Shown here: in pieces, positions 29,387-40,052 of the stretch
Position numbering within the stretch: position 1 is the first letter of the stretch
How the letters are laid out: each line of letters opens with the position of its first letter
Origin: Christensenellales bacterium
Lineage (GTDB): Bacteria > Bacillota > Clostridia > Christensenellales > UBA1242
DNA: 64,000 bases
Assembly: GCA_051889995.1 (NCBI GenBank)
Contig: JBJFDL010000001.1
Coordinates: 24,393 to 88,392, forward strand
Direction: 5' to 3'
Notes under the pieces: generated by a model
What the model was told of the DNA's origin: nothing
The model's database searches: none
The model's input: only the letters and a program-made list of their open reading frames with translations
Translations under genes and position numbers: made by a program

Positions 29387-30256
29387 ATGATAAAAAAAAG
29401 TGAGTTATTATTAGAAATTGCTAATACAATTAAAGATAAAAATGCACAGAATTTTAAAAAACAATGTTTTATAGGTAAATATGATTTATTAAAAACTCAT
29501 ATTGAAATTTTGAATGAAAAAGGTGCAAAAATTTTTGATAGGGAAATTGGAAGCTATACTAGTGTCTTCACTCATAAACTTACCCCATACGATACTGATA
29601 TTAAAAACTATGTTATTTATAGTTTGAGTGAAGTTTTAAAAGATTATATTTTAAAAATAAATAAAAAGGCTAAAACCTTTTTGATTATTGGTGTTGGCAA
29701 TAAAAATTATGTAAGTGATAGTTTAGGTCCAAAGGTTGTAAATCAAATCATTATCACAAGACATGCTAAAATTAATAATGCCAAAGTGCTTGACGAAAGA
29801 TTAAAAAGTGTTTGTGCTTTTGCACCAAGTGTTTTGGGTCAAACAGGTATTGAAACGTTTGATATAGTTAAAGGAATAATTGAAAAAATATCACCGGATA
29901 TTGTGTTTGTAATTGATAGTTTATTAGCTAGTGATTACAAATATATTGGAAAATGTTTTCAAGTTAGTTCGAATGGGCTAGTTCCAGGAAGTGGAGTAGA
30001 GAATAGGCAAAAAATTTTAGACACTAACTCTTTAAAGGTTCCAACAATTTCAATAGGTGTTCCACTTGTTATTACAGCTGAAAGTTTGGTTAATTCTTAT
30101 GTAGAACTTGATTGCCCCAAACTAGATTCTCTAATTGTTACAATTAGTGATATAGAAAATTATGTAAAACTATCATCTAACATTATTGCCACGAGTTTAA
30201 ATTTGGCTATAAACAATAAAATGACCTTTGATGAAATACTCGATTATATGTCTTAA
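29387..30256 (+). CDS. gpr: spore germination protease GPR
   Basis: GVGN..SDSLGP, PSVLGQTGIET, VIDSL, PGSGV, SIGVP; divergent from rpsT. Confidence 0.88.
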   Translation: MIKKSELLLEIANTIKDKNAQNFKKQCFIGKYDLLKTHIEILNEKGAKIFDREIGSYTSVFTHKLTPYDTDIKNYVIYSLSEVLKDYILKINKKAKTFLIIGVGNKNYVSDSLGPKVVNQIIITRHAKINNAKVLDERLKSVCAFAPSVLGQTGIETFDIVKGIIEKISPDIVFVIDSLLASDYKYIGKCFQVSSNGLVPGSGVENRQKILDTNSLKVPTISIGVPLVITAESLVNSYVELDCPKLDSLIVTISDIENYVKLSSNIIATSLNLAINNKMTFDEILDYMS

Positions 30257-30295
30257 AAAGACTTTAAAAAAATTTTAAAAAATTTAAAAAAAGTG

Positions 30296-30350
30296 TTGAC
30301 ATAATGACAAATAAGGCATATAATATAGTCAAAGGTCAAAGAAAGTCAAA
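30296..30350 (+). promoter_or_regulatory. sigma-A promoter with CtsR operator
   Basis: TTGACA(30296)-17-TATAAT(30319), then heptads AGTCAAA GGTCAAA-GAA-AGTCAAA (30327-30350) matching the CtsR direct-repeat box. Confidence 0.9.
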
Positions 30351-30366
30351 CTTTACGGAGGGCAAT

Positions 30367-30822
30367 ATGAATAATATTAGTGATTTGATTGAAAATTTTA
30401 TTATTGAAACCATAGGAAGTGAAGATAGTTTAAATTTAAGTAGAAATGAACTAGCAAACTTTTTTAATGTTTCACCAAGTCAAATAAATTATGTTTTATC
30501 AACTCGTTTCAATCTTAACAGAGGATATTTAACTGAAAGCAAAAGAGGTGGGGGTGGATATATCTTAATTAAAAAGATTGATTTGAAAGATGATTACCTG
30601 TCGAATTTGATAAAAAATTTAGATTTTGATTTAGATTATACTACTTGTTTATATATTTTAGAAAATTTACAGAAAAATAATTTTATCAATGCCGATGAAT
30701 ATAGTATAATTAAATCATCGATATCTCCAAAAAGTTTATCTTCGCCTTTTAAAATAGAAAACAATTTAAGACATAACATATTTAAAAATATTTTAATAAA
30801 CATTCAAAATAGGGGGAAATAA
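30367..30822 (+). CDS. ctsR: class III stress gene repressor CtsR
   Basis: MNNISDLIE, PSQINYVLSTRF, ESKRGGGGYI; GGAGGG RBS. Confidence 0.95.
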   Translation: MNNISDLIENFIIETIGSEDSLNLSRNELANFFNVSPSQINYVLSTRFNLNRGYLTESKRGGGGYILIKKIDLKDDYLSNLIKNLDFDLDYTTCLYILENLQKNNFINADEYSIIKSSISPKSLSSPFKIENNLRHNIFKNILINIQNRGK

Positions 30823-30824
30823 TT

Positions 30825-31283
30825 ATGAAATGTGATAGATGTAAAAAAAATGAAGCATGTTGCCATAGCATAACAAACATTAATGGCAAAGTAACAGAAA
30901 AACATTTGTGTGGAGAATGTGCAAGTAAAGATAATGAATTTGAAATTAATTCTAGAAGTTTTTTAGATGATTTTATGAGTGATTTTAAAACAAGTTTTTC
31001 ATATTTTACTAATCCATTCTCTAGCACAATGTTAGATTTTGATGACTTTTTTGATAACGAATTTGGAAATAATTTTTTAAAGTTTAACTCATCAAAAGAA
31101 AATAATAATGAAAGCGAAAAAACATTAAAATCATCAAAAAAGAAAGATGAGATTAGTGAAAATGAAAAGAAAGCGTTAGAACTTAAAAAATTAGATATTC
31201 AATTAAAAAAAGCTGTTGTTGAAGAAAGATATGAAGATGCTATAATTTTAAGAGATAAAATTAAAGAATTAAAAAATAAATAG
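30825..31283 (+). CDS. mcsA: McsA-like protein (N-terminal CxxC pair, C-terminal UVR domain)
   Basis: MKCDRC, HLCGECA, AVVEERYEDAIILRDKI; between ctsR and clpC. Confidence 0.8.
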   Translation: MKCDRCKKNEACCHSITNINGKVTEKHLCGECASKDNEFEINSRSFLDDFMSDFKTSFSYFTNPFSSTMLDFDDFFDNEFGNNFLKFNSSKENNNESEKTLKSSKKKDEISENEKKALELKKLDIQLKKAVVEERYEDAIILRDKIKELKNK

Positions 31284-31292
31284 GAGGTTATT

Positions 31293-33719
31293 ATGTATTA
31301 TAATATTAATGCAACTGAAGGTGTTAATGAGGTTTTAAAATATGCCTCAACTTTAGCTAAAAAATATAATAGTGGTGAAATTGCAACCGAACATTTATTA
31401 TATGGCTTGTGTAAGTTTAAAGATTCTAAATCTTCACAAGTTTTAAGTGAATGTGGAGTTACAAGTGATAAACTTGAGGTTTTACTAGCACAAAACGGCG
31501 AAAGTTTGTTTGGAATAGATAGTGTTGACCTTTCCCCAAGTTCAAAGCAAGTTTTTAGAGTTGCAAGTGAAGTTGCTTTAGAATTAAAACATACATTTGT
31601 TGGAACAGAACACTTGCTTTTAGGACTATTACTAAGTGAAAATAGTGTTGCAGTAAATTTATTAGAAGAAGTGTTTTCATGTAATATAACTTCTTTAAGA
31701 GAAAAAGTTTTGAACATTTTAAAAGGAGATAATCTTGCAAATACTGAAAACGAAAATAGCGTTACAAGCAAACTTCCTAAAAACTTACTTGAAATGGGAA
31801 CAGATTTAACATTAAAGGCAAGAGAAGGTAAAATTGACCCAATCATTGGAAGAAACGAAGAAATTGAAAGATTAATTGAAATACTATGTCGTAAAACTAA
31901 AAATAATCCTGTTTTGATTGGTGAAGCGGGTGTTGGTAAAAGTGCAATTGTTGAAGGTTTAGCGCTAAGAATTGTTAAAGGTGATGTCCCTCAAGAATTG
32001 CAAGACAAAACAATTTTCTCTCTTGAACTTGGTGGCCTTATGGCTGGAACAAAATATCGTGGAGCACTAGAAGAAAAACTTAAAGATGTAATTGAAACAA
32101 TAACAAAAAATAAAAATATTATAACTTTTATTGATGAAATCCACACATTAAGCCAGGCAGGAAGCGAAAAGGGTGAAATTAGTCCAAGTGATATGTTAAA
32201 ACCATATTTAGCAAGGGGTGAACTACAAACAATTGGTGCAACTACAACTGATGAATATCGTAAATTTATTGAAAAAGATAAAGCGTTAGAACGTAGATTC
32301 CAGCCAATTATTGTTTCTCCTCCTTCAATTGAAGATGCAATTTTAATTTTAAAAGGTGTGAGAGATAGTTACGAAGCATATCATAAGGTAAAAATAACTG
32401 ATGAAGCTTTAGAAAGTGCTGTTAAGTTATCAGATAGATATATTACAGATAGAAACTTACCAGATAAGGCGATAGATTTAATTGATGAAGCAAGTAGTAG
32501 AGCAAAAGTAAATATTAGTAGTATGCCAAAAGAAGTTTTAGATAAGGAAAGAGAACTTACAAGTCTAGAAAACACTAAAAAGGAAGCTCTATTGCAAGAA
32601 AACTTTGAAAAAGCGGCGAAACTACGTGATGAAATAAAATCATTAAGTGATGAAATCGCAAAAATCAAAAAAGAAAACTTTGATGGTAAAGAATATAAAG
32701 AAATAACAAGCGAAGATATTGCAGAAGTTGTAAGTAAATGGACTAATATTCCTGTAAGTAAATTAAATATGCAAGAAAAAGAAAGACTTGTTAATTTGGA
32801 AAAAATTTTGCATGAGAGAATTGTTGGACAAAATGAAGCAGTAGATGCTGTTAGTAAAGCAATTAGAAGAGCAAGAGTTGGTTTAAAAGATAGCAAGCGC
32901 CCAATTGGTAGTTTTATCTTTTTAGGACAAACTGGTGTTGGTAAAACAGAACTATGTAAAGCACTTGCCGAAGCAATGTTTAATAGCGAAAATGCTATTA
33001 TACGTTTAGATATGAGTGAATATATGGAATCACATTCAGTAAGTAAATTAATTGGCTCACCTCCAGGATATGTGGGTCACGAAGACGGCGGATATTTGAC
33101 AGAACAAGTTAGAAGAAAACCTTATTCAGTTATTTTGTTTGATGAGATTGAAAAAGCACATCCAGACATATTTAACATCTTACTTCAAATTTTGGAAGAT
33201 GGAAGACTTACTGATAGTCATGGAAAAACTGTATCATTTCAAAATACAATCATAATAATGACAAGTAACTGTGGAGTTAGCGAATTACAAAACGAACAAA
33301 GAAGTTTGGGGTTTAATGCTGGAACAAACAAAATGAGTGAAGAACAAGAAAATGAAATTTTAAAAAATAGTTTGAAAAAACATTTTAAACCAGAATTTTT
33401 AAACAGAATTGATGTTATTACTGTTTTCCACCCATTATCAAAGGTTGAATTAACACAAATTGCTAGCATTATGATTAATAATTTGAATAAGAAACTTAAA
33501 GAACAAAACTTAAGTATTAAACTAACAGAAAATGCAGTTGATTACTTAATAACAAATGGTAGCAATAATATGTATGGCGCTAGACCACTTCGTAGGCTTA
33601 TTGAACAAAAAATAGAGGATAGGATTGCAGAAGATTTATTGCAAGAGAAAATACATTCTGGAAATTCTATTATCGTTGATAGTGAAAATAATGAGTTAGT
33701 TTTCACTTATAAAGATTAA
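31293..33719 (+). CDS. clpC: ATP-dependent Clp protease ATPase subunit ClpC
   Basis: two Clp-N repeats (TEHLL), [19 protein letters not shown] middle domain, LGF loop, GARPLRR. Confidence 0.96.
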   Translation: MYYNINATEGVNEVLKYASTLAKKYNSGEIATEHLLYGLCKFKDSKSSQVLSECGVTSDKLEVLLAQNGESLFGIDSVDLSPSSKQVFRVASEVALELKHTFVGTEHLLLGLLLSENSVAVNLLEEVFSCNITSLREKVLNILKGDNLANTENENSVTSKLPKNLLEMGTDLTLKAREGKIDPIIGRNEEIERLIEILCRKTKNNPVLIGEAGVGKSAIVEGLALRIVKGDVPQELQDKTIFSLELGGLMAGTKYRGALEEKLKDVIETITKNKNIITFIDEIHTLSQAGSEKGEISPSDMLKPYLARGELQTIGATTTDEYRKFIEKDKALERRFQPIIVSPPSIEDAILILKGVRDSYEAYHKVKITDEALESAVKLSDRYITDRNLPDKAIDLIDEASSRAKVNISSMPKEVLDKERELTSLENTKKEALLQENFEKAAKLRDEIKSLSDEIAKIKKENFDGKEYKEITSEDIAEVVSKWTNIPVSKLNMQEKERLVNLEKILHERIVGQNEAVDAVSKAIRRARVGLKDSKRPIGSFIFLGQTGVGKTELCKALAEAMFNSENAIIRLDMSEYMESHSVSKLIGSPPGYVGHEDGGYLTEQVRRKPYSVILFDEIEKAHPDIFNILLQILEDGRLTDSHGKTVSFQNTIIIMTSNCGVSELQNEQRSLGFNAGTNKMSEEQENEILKNSLKKHFKPEFLNRIDVITVFHPLSKVELTQIASIMINNLNKKLKEQNLSIKLTENAVDYLITNGSNNMYGARPLRRLIEQKIEDRIAEDLLQEKIHSGNSIIVDSENNELVFTYKD

Positions 33720-33736
33720 AACTAAAGGATAAATTT

Positions 33737-33925
33737 ATGACTGAATATGAATTATATAAATTAAGTGAGGAGTTGGATGAAGATTTAAATCTATCTGATT
33801 TCACTCCAAGCGAAGTTGAAGAAATGATTAAAGAAAAACAAAGTGCAACAAAAAATTTCAAAGATAAATATTTTGAGTTTTATGATGATATTAAATCTAT
33901 GACTAAAAAACGACAAGATTGGTAA
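33737..33925 (+). CDS. small acidic hypothetical protein
   Basis: 62 aa, AAGGA RBS, 17 bp after clpC stop. Confidence 0.65.
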   Translation: MTEYELYKLSEELDEDLNLSDFTPSEVEEMIKEKQSATKNFKDKYFEFYDDIKSMTKKRQDW

Positions 33926-34069
33926 TGTTTATGGCAACAATTTTAAGACAACTCCTTGCAAAAATCACTAGATTTTTGTGTTTATAGCGAGTTTAAACAA
34001 ATTGTTGCCTTTTTTATAAAAGAATTAAAATAATTTTGAAAAATACAATAAAAAAGTTATAATAAATTT

Positions 34070-35362
34070 ATGGAAAACTATATAGATGATAAAAAATTTT
34101 CTCCATTAGCAGACAGAATGCGTCCTCAAACTATTGAAGAGTTTATTGGACAAGAACATATTATTAATAAAAACTCACCACTTTATAAGGCAATTAAAAA
34201 CAAAAGAGTGGGAAGTTCAATCTTTTATGGTCCACCCGGAACAGGTAAAACAACGCTTGCAAGCATTATTGCAAGTTCTTGTGATGGTATTTTTAAAAAA
34301 TTAAATGCAATAAGTTCAGGCGTTAATGATGCCAAACTAATCATTAAGGAAGCAAGAGCCAATCTAGCTTTATTTAATAAACAAACATATTTGCTTCTAG
34401 ATGAATGTCATAGATGGAATAAAGCGCAAAGTGATAGTTTACTAGAGGCAATTGAAGATGGGAGTATTGTTCTTATTGGTTCAACAACTGAAAACCCATT
34501 TACAAGTATGACAAGAGCCATTGTTTCTAGATGTTTTGTTTATGAATTTAAACCTTTGACAAATAAAGATGTAATTGAAGCAATTTCTAGAGCGTTAATA
34601 GATAAAGAAAAAGGATATGGCAACTTAAACATAAAAATTTCAAAAGAAAATATGAATTTAATTGCTTCTTGTGTTGGTGGAGATATTAGAAGAAGTTTAA
34701 ATGTATTAGAATATTGTGTAAACACAAAATATAACAACCAACAAATAGAAATTGACAGCGAAACTATAAAATCTATCGTTCAAAATTTTAAATTAAGCAT
34801 AGAAGAAGACCAATATTATGATATTTTAAGTGCATATTGCAAAAGTATTAGGGGAAGTGATGCAGACAGCGCAATATTTTATGCGAATAAGTTAATTGAT
34901 AGTGGAATTGACCCATTAATTTTGTCTAGAAGATTAATTGCACACGCCAGTGAAGATATCGGCATGGCAGATAGTAATGCGCTGTTACTTGCTTGTCTTG
35001 CGCATTATAGTATAGAAAAATTAGGATTACCAGAAGGAAATATTCCTTTGACTCACGCAATAATCTATTGTTGCGAAGCAAGTAAATCTAATTCGGTAAT
35101 AAATGCTTTAAATGCGGCCAAAGAAGATGTTAAAAATTACAAAAATATCACAATTCCAAACAATTTAAAGAATCATCCAAGCACGAATGATGATGGAACA
35201 GGCACCTATCTTTATCCACACGATTTTGGTGGATATGTTTATCAACAATATTTACCTAATGAGTTAAAGGACGCAAAATATTATTTTCCATCTAACAACG
35301 GAAAGGAAAAGGGATTAGTTAGAAAAAAGATTTTTAAACCAATAAAAAAGAATGATAAATAA
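34070..35362 (+). CDS. rarA: replication-associated recombination protein A
   Basis: PLADRMRP, GPPGTGKTT, TTENP, KSIRGSD, ASEDIG, YLYPH. Confidence 0.95.
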   Translation: MENYIDDKKFSPLADRMRPQTIEEFIGQEHIINKNSPLYKAIKNKRVGSSIFYGPPGTGKTTLASIIASSCDGIFKKLNAISSGVNDAKLIIKEARANLALFNKQTYLLLDECHRWNKAQSDSLLEAIEDGSIVLIGSTTENPFTSMTRAIVSRCFVYEFKPLTNKDVIEAISRALIDKEKGYGNLNIKISKENMNLIASCVGGDIRRSLNVLEYCVNTKYNNQQIEIDSETIKSIVQNFKLSIEEDQYYDILSAYCKSIRGSDADSAIFYANKLIDSGIDPLILSRRLIAHASEDIGMADSNALLLACLAHYSIEKLGLPEGNIPLTHAIIYCCEASKSNSVINALNAAKEDVKNYKNITIPNNLKNHPSTNDDGTGTYLYPHDFGGYVYQQYLPNELKDAKYYFPSNNGKEKGLVRKKIFKPIKKNDK

Positions 35363-36154
35363 TTATTCCTTAAGATTATAAAACTTATTGAAATAACTAA
35401 ATATTGCAAAAGCAAACATTATTGTTGTGAAAATAATGTAGTAAATGTTATAACGTGTAAAAATTGAAATAACTAAAAACATAATTCCTGTTAATAGGTA
35501 GTTTTTAGTTTTTTCTTTTTTAAAAGCAATTGATAATAATTCTTTAAATTTATATTGTTTTTTTTCTTCGTAAATTGTTTCAAAATGGGGGTAGATTTTT
35601 TCTTTCAAAATATAATCAGTATAGAACACATCAAAGTTTATCAATTTAATATCAATGGTTCTAATGTTATTTACAAAATTTTTAATTTCTTTAGTGTAAT
35701 TATTGGTAAAAATAATGACTCTTTCACATTTTTCTTTTTTGCATCTTTTGATTGAATTAAGAACAAAATCCAAGTTTAATTTATCAACACAAAAATTTGA
35801 AACAACTAGTGTCTTTTGACTTTTTATAATAATAAAATCTCTATGCATTTCGAGTTTTTCATTAGTATAAAATTTACTCAAAAATTTAATTATTTCGCTG
35901 TTATTTTCAAAAATAAGTGAATTTAATATTATCTCTTTCTCTTTTTTATTTTTTTTGTTTAACTTAAAATTTCTTACTTTTTTTTTAAAAATTAAATAAA
36001 TTAAAAATGAAAGTGCAAGAGTTATTATAATAGAGATTAAATATAGTAAAAAGCTATTGTGAATATAAAATCTTAACCAAATAAAAGAAATAAAAAATAT
36101 TAACACAGCACAAAAAATGAAATCAAAAAAATAACTTGTAATAGATTTTTGCAT
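35363..36154 (-). CDS. hypothetical membrane protein
   Basis: 263 aa, two TM pairs flanking a soluble domain. Confidence 0.7.
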   Translation of the reverse strand: MQKSITSYFFDFIFCAVLIFFISFIWLRFYIHNSFLLYLISIIITLALSFLIYLIFKKKVRNFKLNKKNKKEKEIILNSLIFENNSEIIKFLSKFYTNEKLEMHRDFIIIKSQKTLVVSNFCVDKLNLDFVLNSIKRCKKEKCERVIIFTNNYTKEIKNFVNNIRTIDIKLINFDVFYTDYILKEKIYPHFETIYEEKKQYKFKELLSIAFKKEKTKNYLLTGIMFLVISIFTRYNIYYIIFTTIMFAFAIFSYFNKFYNLKE

Positions 36155-36224
36155 ATTAAAATTATTTACAAAATTAAATTAATTAAACTTGACAAATTTT
36201 TAATATATTTTTATACTTTTTCTT

Positions 36225-36668
36225 ATGATAAAAACATTTATTTCAAATTCGTTAAAGGATACAGAAAAAATTGCAAAAGAATTGTCTAAAATAATTCAAA
36301 GAGGCGATTGTGTTTTGCTTAACGGTGAAATTGGAGCAGGAAAGACAACATTCACACAATTTTTACTAAAAAATTATGGAATAAAAAGTGCTGTATCTAG
36401 TCCTACCTTTACCTTACTTAATGTGTATGACGCAGATTTCCCAATTTATCATTTTGATATGTATAGAATATCAAGTTTTGAAGAACTTGCTGAACTTGGC
36501 TTTGAAGATTATATTTTTAGTGCAAATTCTCCTTATGTTATAACTGGTTTAACACTTATTGAATGGGGAGAAAACATAAAAGATGCTTTACCTAAAAACG
36601 CGATAAAATTAAATATTGAAAAAATAGGTGAAAATAGCAGAAAATTTGAATTTATAAAGGACGAATAA
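36225..36668 (+). CDS. tsaE: tRNA threonylcarbamoyladenosine biosynthesis ATPase TsaE
   Basis: GEIGAGKTTF, SPTF, HFDMYR, IEW. Confidence 0.96.
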   Translation: MIKTFISNSLKDTEKIAKELSKIIQRGDCVLLNGEIGAGKTTFTQFLLKNYGIKSAVSSPTFTLLNVYDADFPIYHFDMYRISSFEELAELGFEDYIFSANSPYVITGLTLIEWGENIKDALPKNAIKLNIEKIGENSRKFEFIKDE

Positions 36669-36669
36669 G

Positions 36670-37740
36670 ATGAATATATTAGCAATTAATTCAAGCGAAA
36701 AACAAGCAGAAATTTCTCTTTATAAAGATGGCAAAACTTATGTTGATATTATGGACGAAGGAAAAAGTCATAGTGAATTTTTGCTTAAAGAAATAGAAGA
36801 TTTTTTAATGAAAAATTCTTTAACTATTCAAGATATAGATTATTATTCGGTGAATATAGGTTGTGGCTCATTTACTGGCATTAGAATAGCAGTTAGTTTT
36901 GTTAAAGCATTTATGATGGCACTTAACAAAAAAACTGTCACTGTAAACAATTTTGAAATTTTAGCATATAACATTAAAGAGAACAGACCTTGTTATATTG
37001 TCTTAAATTCAAATAATAGCGATTTATATTGTGCCAGACTTGAAAATAATAAATTTGAATATGGATATATGAGCATAATTCAAATGAATGAGATTGTAAA
37101 AAGTGAAAACATTAATGTTTATTGCTATGAAAAAGATAAAGATATTTTTAATTCAATCAACAACTTAATTCCATTAACTGTTTCAAAATATAATTTTATG
37201 GAAATTACCCAAAAGAAAATTGAGTGCAAAGAATTTGTGAGCATCGAAAATTTAAATCCTCTTTACATTAAAAAATCGCAAGCCGAACAACAACTTGAAG
37301 AGAAAATTAATAAAAACATTGAATTTGTGAATGAAATTAATATTGATGAGTTTGTTACACTGGAAAAAAAGTGCTTTAAACATCCATACTCTAAAAACTT
37401 GCTTGAAAATGATTTAAAAAATGATAATAGACATCTAATGTTTATAAAATATTTTGATGAAATTATAGCGTATATAAATTTTGAAGTCGTTATTGATGAA
37501 ATTGAACTTATAAAAATTTGTGTTTTAGAAGAGTTTAGGGGATATGATTTAGCAAGTAAATTAATGGAAAAAATGATTGAATTTAAAAAGCAAAATTCAA
37601 TTAAAAAAATCTTTCTGGAAGTTTCAAGTAAAAACATTCCAGCTATCAAACTTTATGAAAAATTTAACTTTAGAGTTCAAAACATAAGAAAAGATTATTA
37701 TGAAAAAAATGATGATGCTTTAATTATGGTTTTAGAATAA
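36670..37740 (+). CDS. tsaB: TsaB fused to RimI-like GNAT acetyltransferase
   Basis: MNILAINSS, HSE, GCGSFTGIRI, PLY; C-terminal FRGYDLA, LEV..NIPAIKLYEK, RKDYY..DALIM. Confidence 0.85.
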   Translation: MNILAINSSEKQAEISLYKDGKTYVDIMDEGKSHSEFLLKEIEDFLMKNSLTIQDIDYYSVNIGCGSFTGIRIAVSFVKAFMMALNKKTVTVNNFEILAYNIKENRPCYIVLNSNNSDLYCARLENNKFEYGYMSIIQMNEIVKSENINVYCYEKDKDIFNSINNLIPLTVSKYNFMEITQKKIECKEFVSIENLNPLYIKKSQAEQQLEEKINKNIEFVNEINIDEFVTLEKKCFKHPYSKNLLENDLKNDNRHLMFIKYFDEIIAYINFEVVIDEIELIKICVLEEFRGYDLASKLMEKMIEFKKQNSIKKIFLEVSSKNIPAIKLYEKFNFRVQNIRKDYYEKNDDALIMVLE

Positions 37741-38477
37741 TGTTTATAGAAATAGATAATTTAAAAATTGAATATGATTACAAAAGAATAAGCGATAAAA
37801 CGCTTATTTTTTTACATGGATTTGGTGGAAATCTTAATAATTTTTCATACTTTGCAAATCTTTTCGCTAATTTTGGTTATTCAACTTTGAACATTAATCT
37901 AACAGATTTTGGGTTTAAAACAACCCCAAAGAGCTTTAATATTTATGACTTTGCACTAGTTATTAAAAAATTAATTAATCGTTTGAAAATAGTCGATTTT
38001 GCCTTCATTGGGCATTCTTTTGGTGGAAGATTAGCAATTATTTTATCGGGCTTACACAATATGGGAGAAAAACTAGTTTTGGTTGATAGTGCAGGCATTC
38101 GTCCTAGATTTAATTTAATAACTAAAATAAAAATTTTAGAATATAAAATATGTAGAAGACTCGTTGAAAAAAAATTATTAAATAAAAAATGTTTAGACAA
38201 ATTTGGTTCACAAGATTATAAAACGTTAAACGATAATCAAAAAGAACTTTTTAAAAAAGTCGTCAATGAAGATTTAACTTATTTGCTTAAAAATATAAAT
38301 TCTAAAACATTAATTATTTTTGGGAAAAAGGATAAGGATACACCAATTTATATGGCTAAGAAATTAAATAAAAAAATTAAAAATTCAAAAATTATTTTAT
38401 TTAATGGTGGGCATTATTGTTATCTTGAGGAAAGAGAAAAATTTATTCGAGTTTTAAAAGAATTTTTAGGAGAATAA
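37740..38477 (+). CDS. alpha/beta hydrolase
   Basis: FLHGFG, GHSFGG nucleophile elbow, D, GGH. Confidence 0.88.
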   Translation: MFIEIDNLKIEYDYKRISDKTLIFLHGFGGNLNNFSYFANLFANFGYSTLNINLTDFGFKTTPKSFNIYDFALVIKKLINRLKIVDFAFIGHSFGGRLAIILSGLHNMGEKLVLVDSAGIRPRFNLITKIKILEYKICRRLVEKKLLNKKCLDKFGSQDYKTLNDNQKELFKKVVNEDLTYLLKNINSKTLIIFGKKDKDTPIYMAKKLNKKIKNSKIILFNGGHYCYLEEREKFIRVLKEFLGE

Positions 38478-38478
38478 T

Positions 38479-40038
38479 TTGGTAATATTTTTATTTTGTT
38501 TTATAACTTTGTTAAATTTAATAGTAGGAAATTATTACTTTTATGATAAATTTAAAATTTATCAACTTTGCGGTTACCAAGTTAACAAAGCGTTTAAATC
38601 ATTTCAAATTAATAAGCGAGAAATTTTTTGTCTTTCTCTTTTTTTACTTTTTAATGCAATAAGCATCTTTTTTAATGAGACTTTAATATCTTTTTGTTTA
38701 AATTATATTTTATTTCTTTTGCTAACTATAATAGTTTTGGCTTTTACTAATCAAACAGCGAGTAAAAACAGATTAGTTTTTACAAAGAGATTTATAAGAT
38801 TTTTTATTTTATTTAATTTAATTAACATTTTTTTTATTTGTTTATCATTCTATCTCTATTTAAAAAACACATATTTTTCTTATTTTATTTCTTGTTTTTT
38901 ATATGTTCAGTTTTTAACTTACATAATTGCACACATTTTAATTTCTCCATTTGAATATATGGTAAAGAAAATTTATATAGCTAAGGCGAAGAAAAAACTA
39001 AAAAGAAATAAAGATTTGATTGTTATCGGCATTACAGGAAGTTACGGAAAAACAAGTGTTAAAAATTATTTATATGAAATATTAAAAGAAAATTATAAAA
39101 TTTGTAAAAGTAAAAAAAGTTTTAATACAGAAATGGGATTTACAAAAGTAATATTAAATGATTTAAAAGATGATGATGAAATTTTAATTTTAGAATATGG
39201 TGCAGATAAAAAACACGATATTAAAAAATTATGTAAAATTGTTTCTCCAAATTATTCAATAATAACTGGGATTACAAACCAGCATCTTAATACTTTTAAA
39301 ACTTTTGAAAATTTACTTAACACAAAATATGAACTGGTTGAAAACACTAATGGTGGTTACGTAATTTTTAATGGTGACAATGAATTTTGCGAGAACTTTT
39401 ATAACAAAAGTTACAAAAACAAATTGCTTGTTGGAATAGACAATAAAAAATCTATTATTCAATGTGAAAACATCAACTTAAAAATTGGTAAAACAACATT
39501 TGATGTAAATATTTTTGGCGAAAAATATACCTTTAAGACATCATTACTCGGCAAGCATAATATAATAAATTTATTACTAGCAATACAAATGGCAATATTA
39601 TTTAATATTGAAATTCCTAAAATTATAAAAGCCGTTTCAAAAATACAAGCTGTTGAACATAGATTAAAACTTTTAAAAAATGGTGATAGATACATTTTAG
39701 ATGACTCGTTTAACTCAAATCCAGTCGGAGCGAAAAATGCCATTGATGTTTTAATGACTTTTCCAAACAAAAAAATTGTTATCACTGGTGGTCTTGTCGA
39801 ACTTGGTAAAGAAAATTATATTGAAAACGTAGAATTGGGTAAATACTTAACGTCAGTTGATGTTGTCGTTATTGTCGGAAATGAAAATAAATCTGCTTTA
39901 CTTGAAGGATTAAAAGAAAGTAAGAAAACTGTTCTATGTGCAGATAATGTTAACTTGGCTGTTAGTTTAATACAAAAATATTTTAACACTGGAGATTGTT
40001 TACTTTTCTTAAACGACTTGCCTGATAATTATAAATAA
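38479..40038 (+). CDS. murF: MurF-like Mur ligase with N-terminal membrane segment
   Basis: GITGSYGKTS, SFNT, DDSFNSNP, NDLPD; upstream of ddl. Confidence 0.8.
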   Translation: MVIFLFCFITLLNLIVGNYYFYDKFKIYQLCGYQVNKAFKSFQINKREIFCLSLFLLFNAISIFFNETLISFCLNYILFLLLTIIVLAFTNQTASKNRLVFTKRFIRFFILFNLINIFFICLSFYLYLKNTYFSYFISCFLYVQFLTYIIAHILISPFEYMVKKIYIAKAKKKLKRNKDLIVIGITGSYGKTSVKNYLYEILKENYKICKSKKSFNTEMGFTKVILNDLKDDDEILILEYGADKKHDIKKLCKIVSPNYSIITGITNQHLNTFKTFENLLNTKYELVENTNGGYVIFNGDNEFCENFYNKSYKNKLLVGIDNKKSIIQCENINLKIGKTTFDVNIFGEKYTFKTSLLGKHNIINLLLAIQMAILFNIEIPKIIKAVSKIQAVEHRLKLLKNGDRYILDDSFNSNPVGAKNAIDVLMTFPNKKIVITGGLVELGKENYIENVELGKYLTSVDVVVIVGNENKSALLEGLKESKKTVLCADNVNLAVSLIQKYFNTGDCLLFLNDLPDNYK

Positions 40039-40052
40039 ATTGAGGAGATGGT

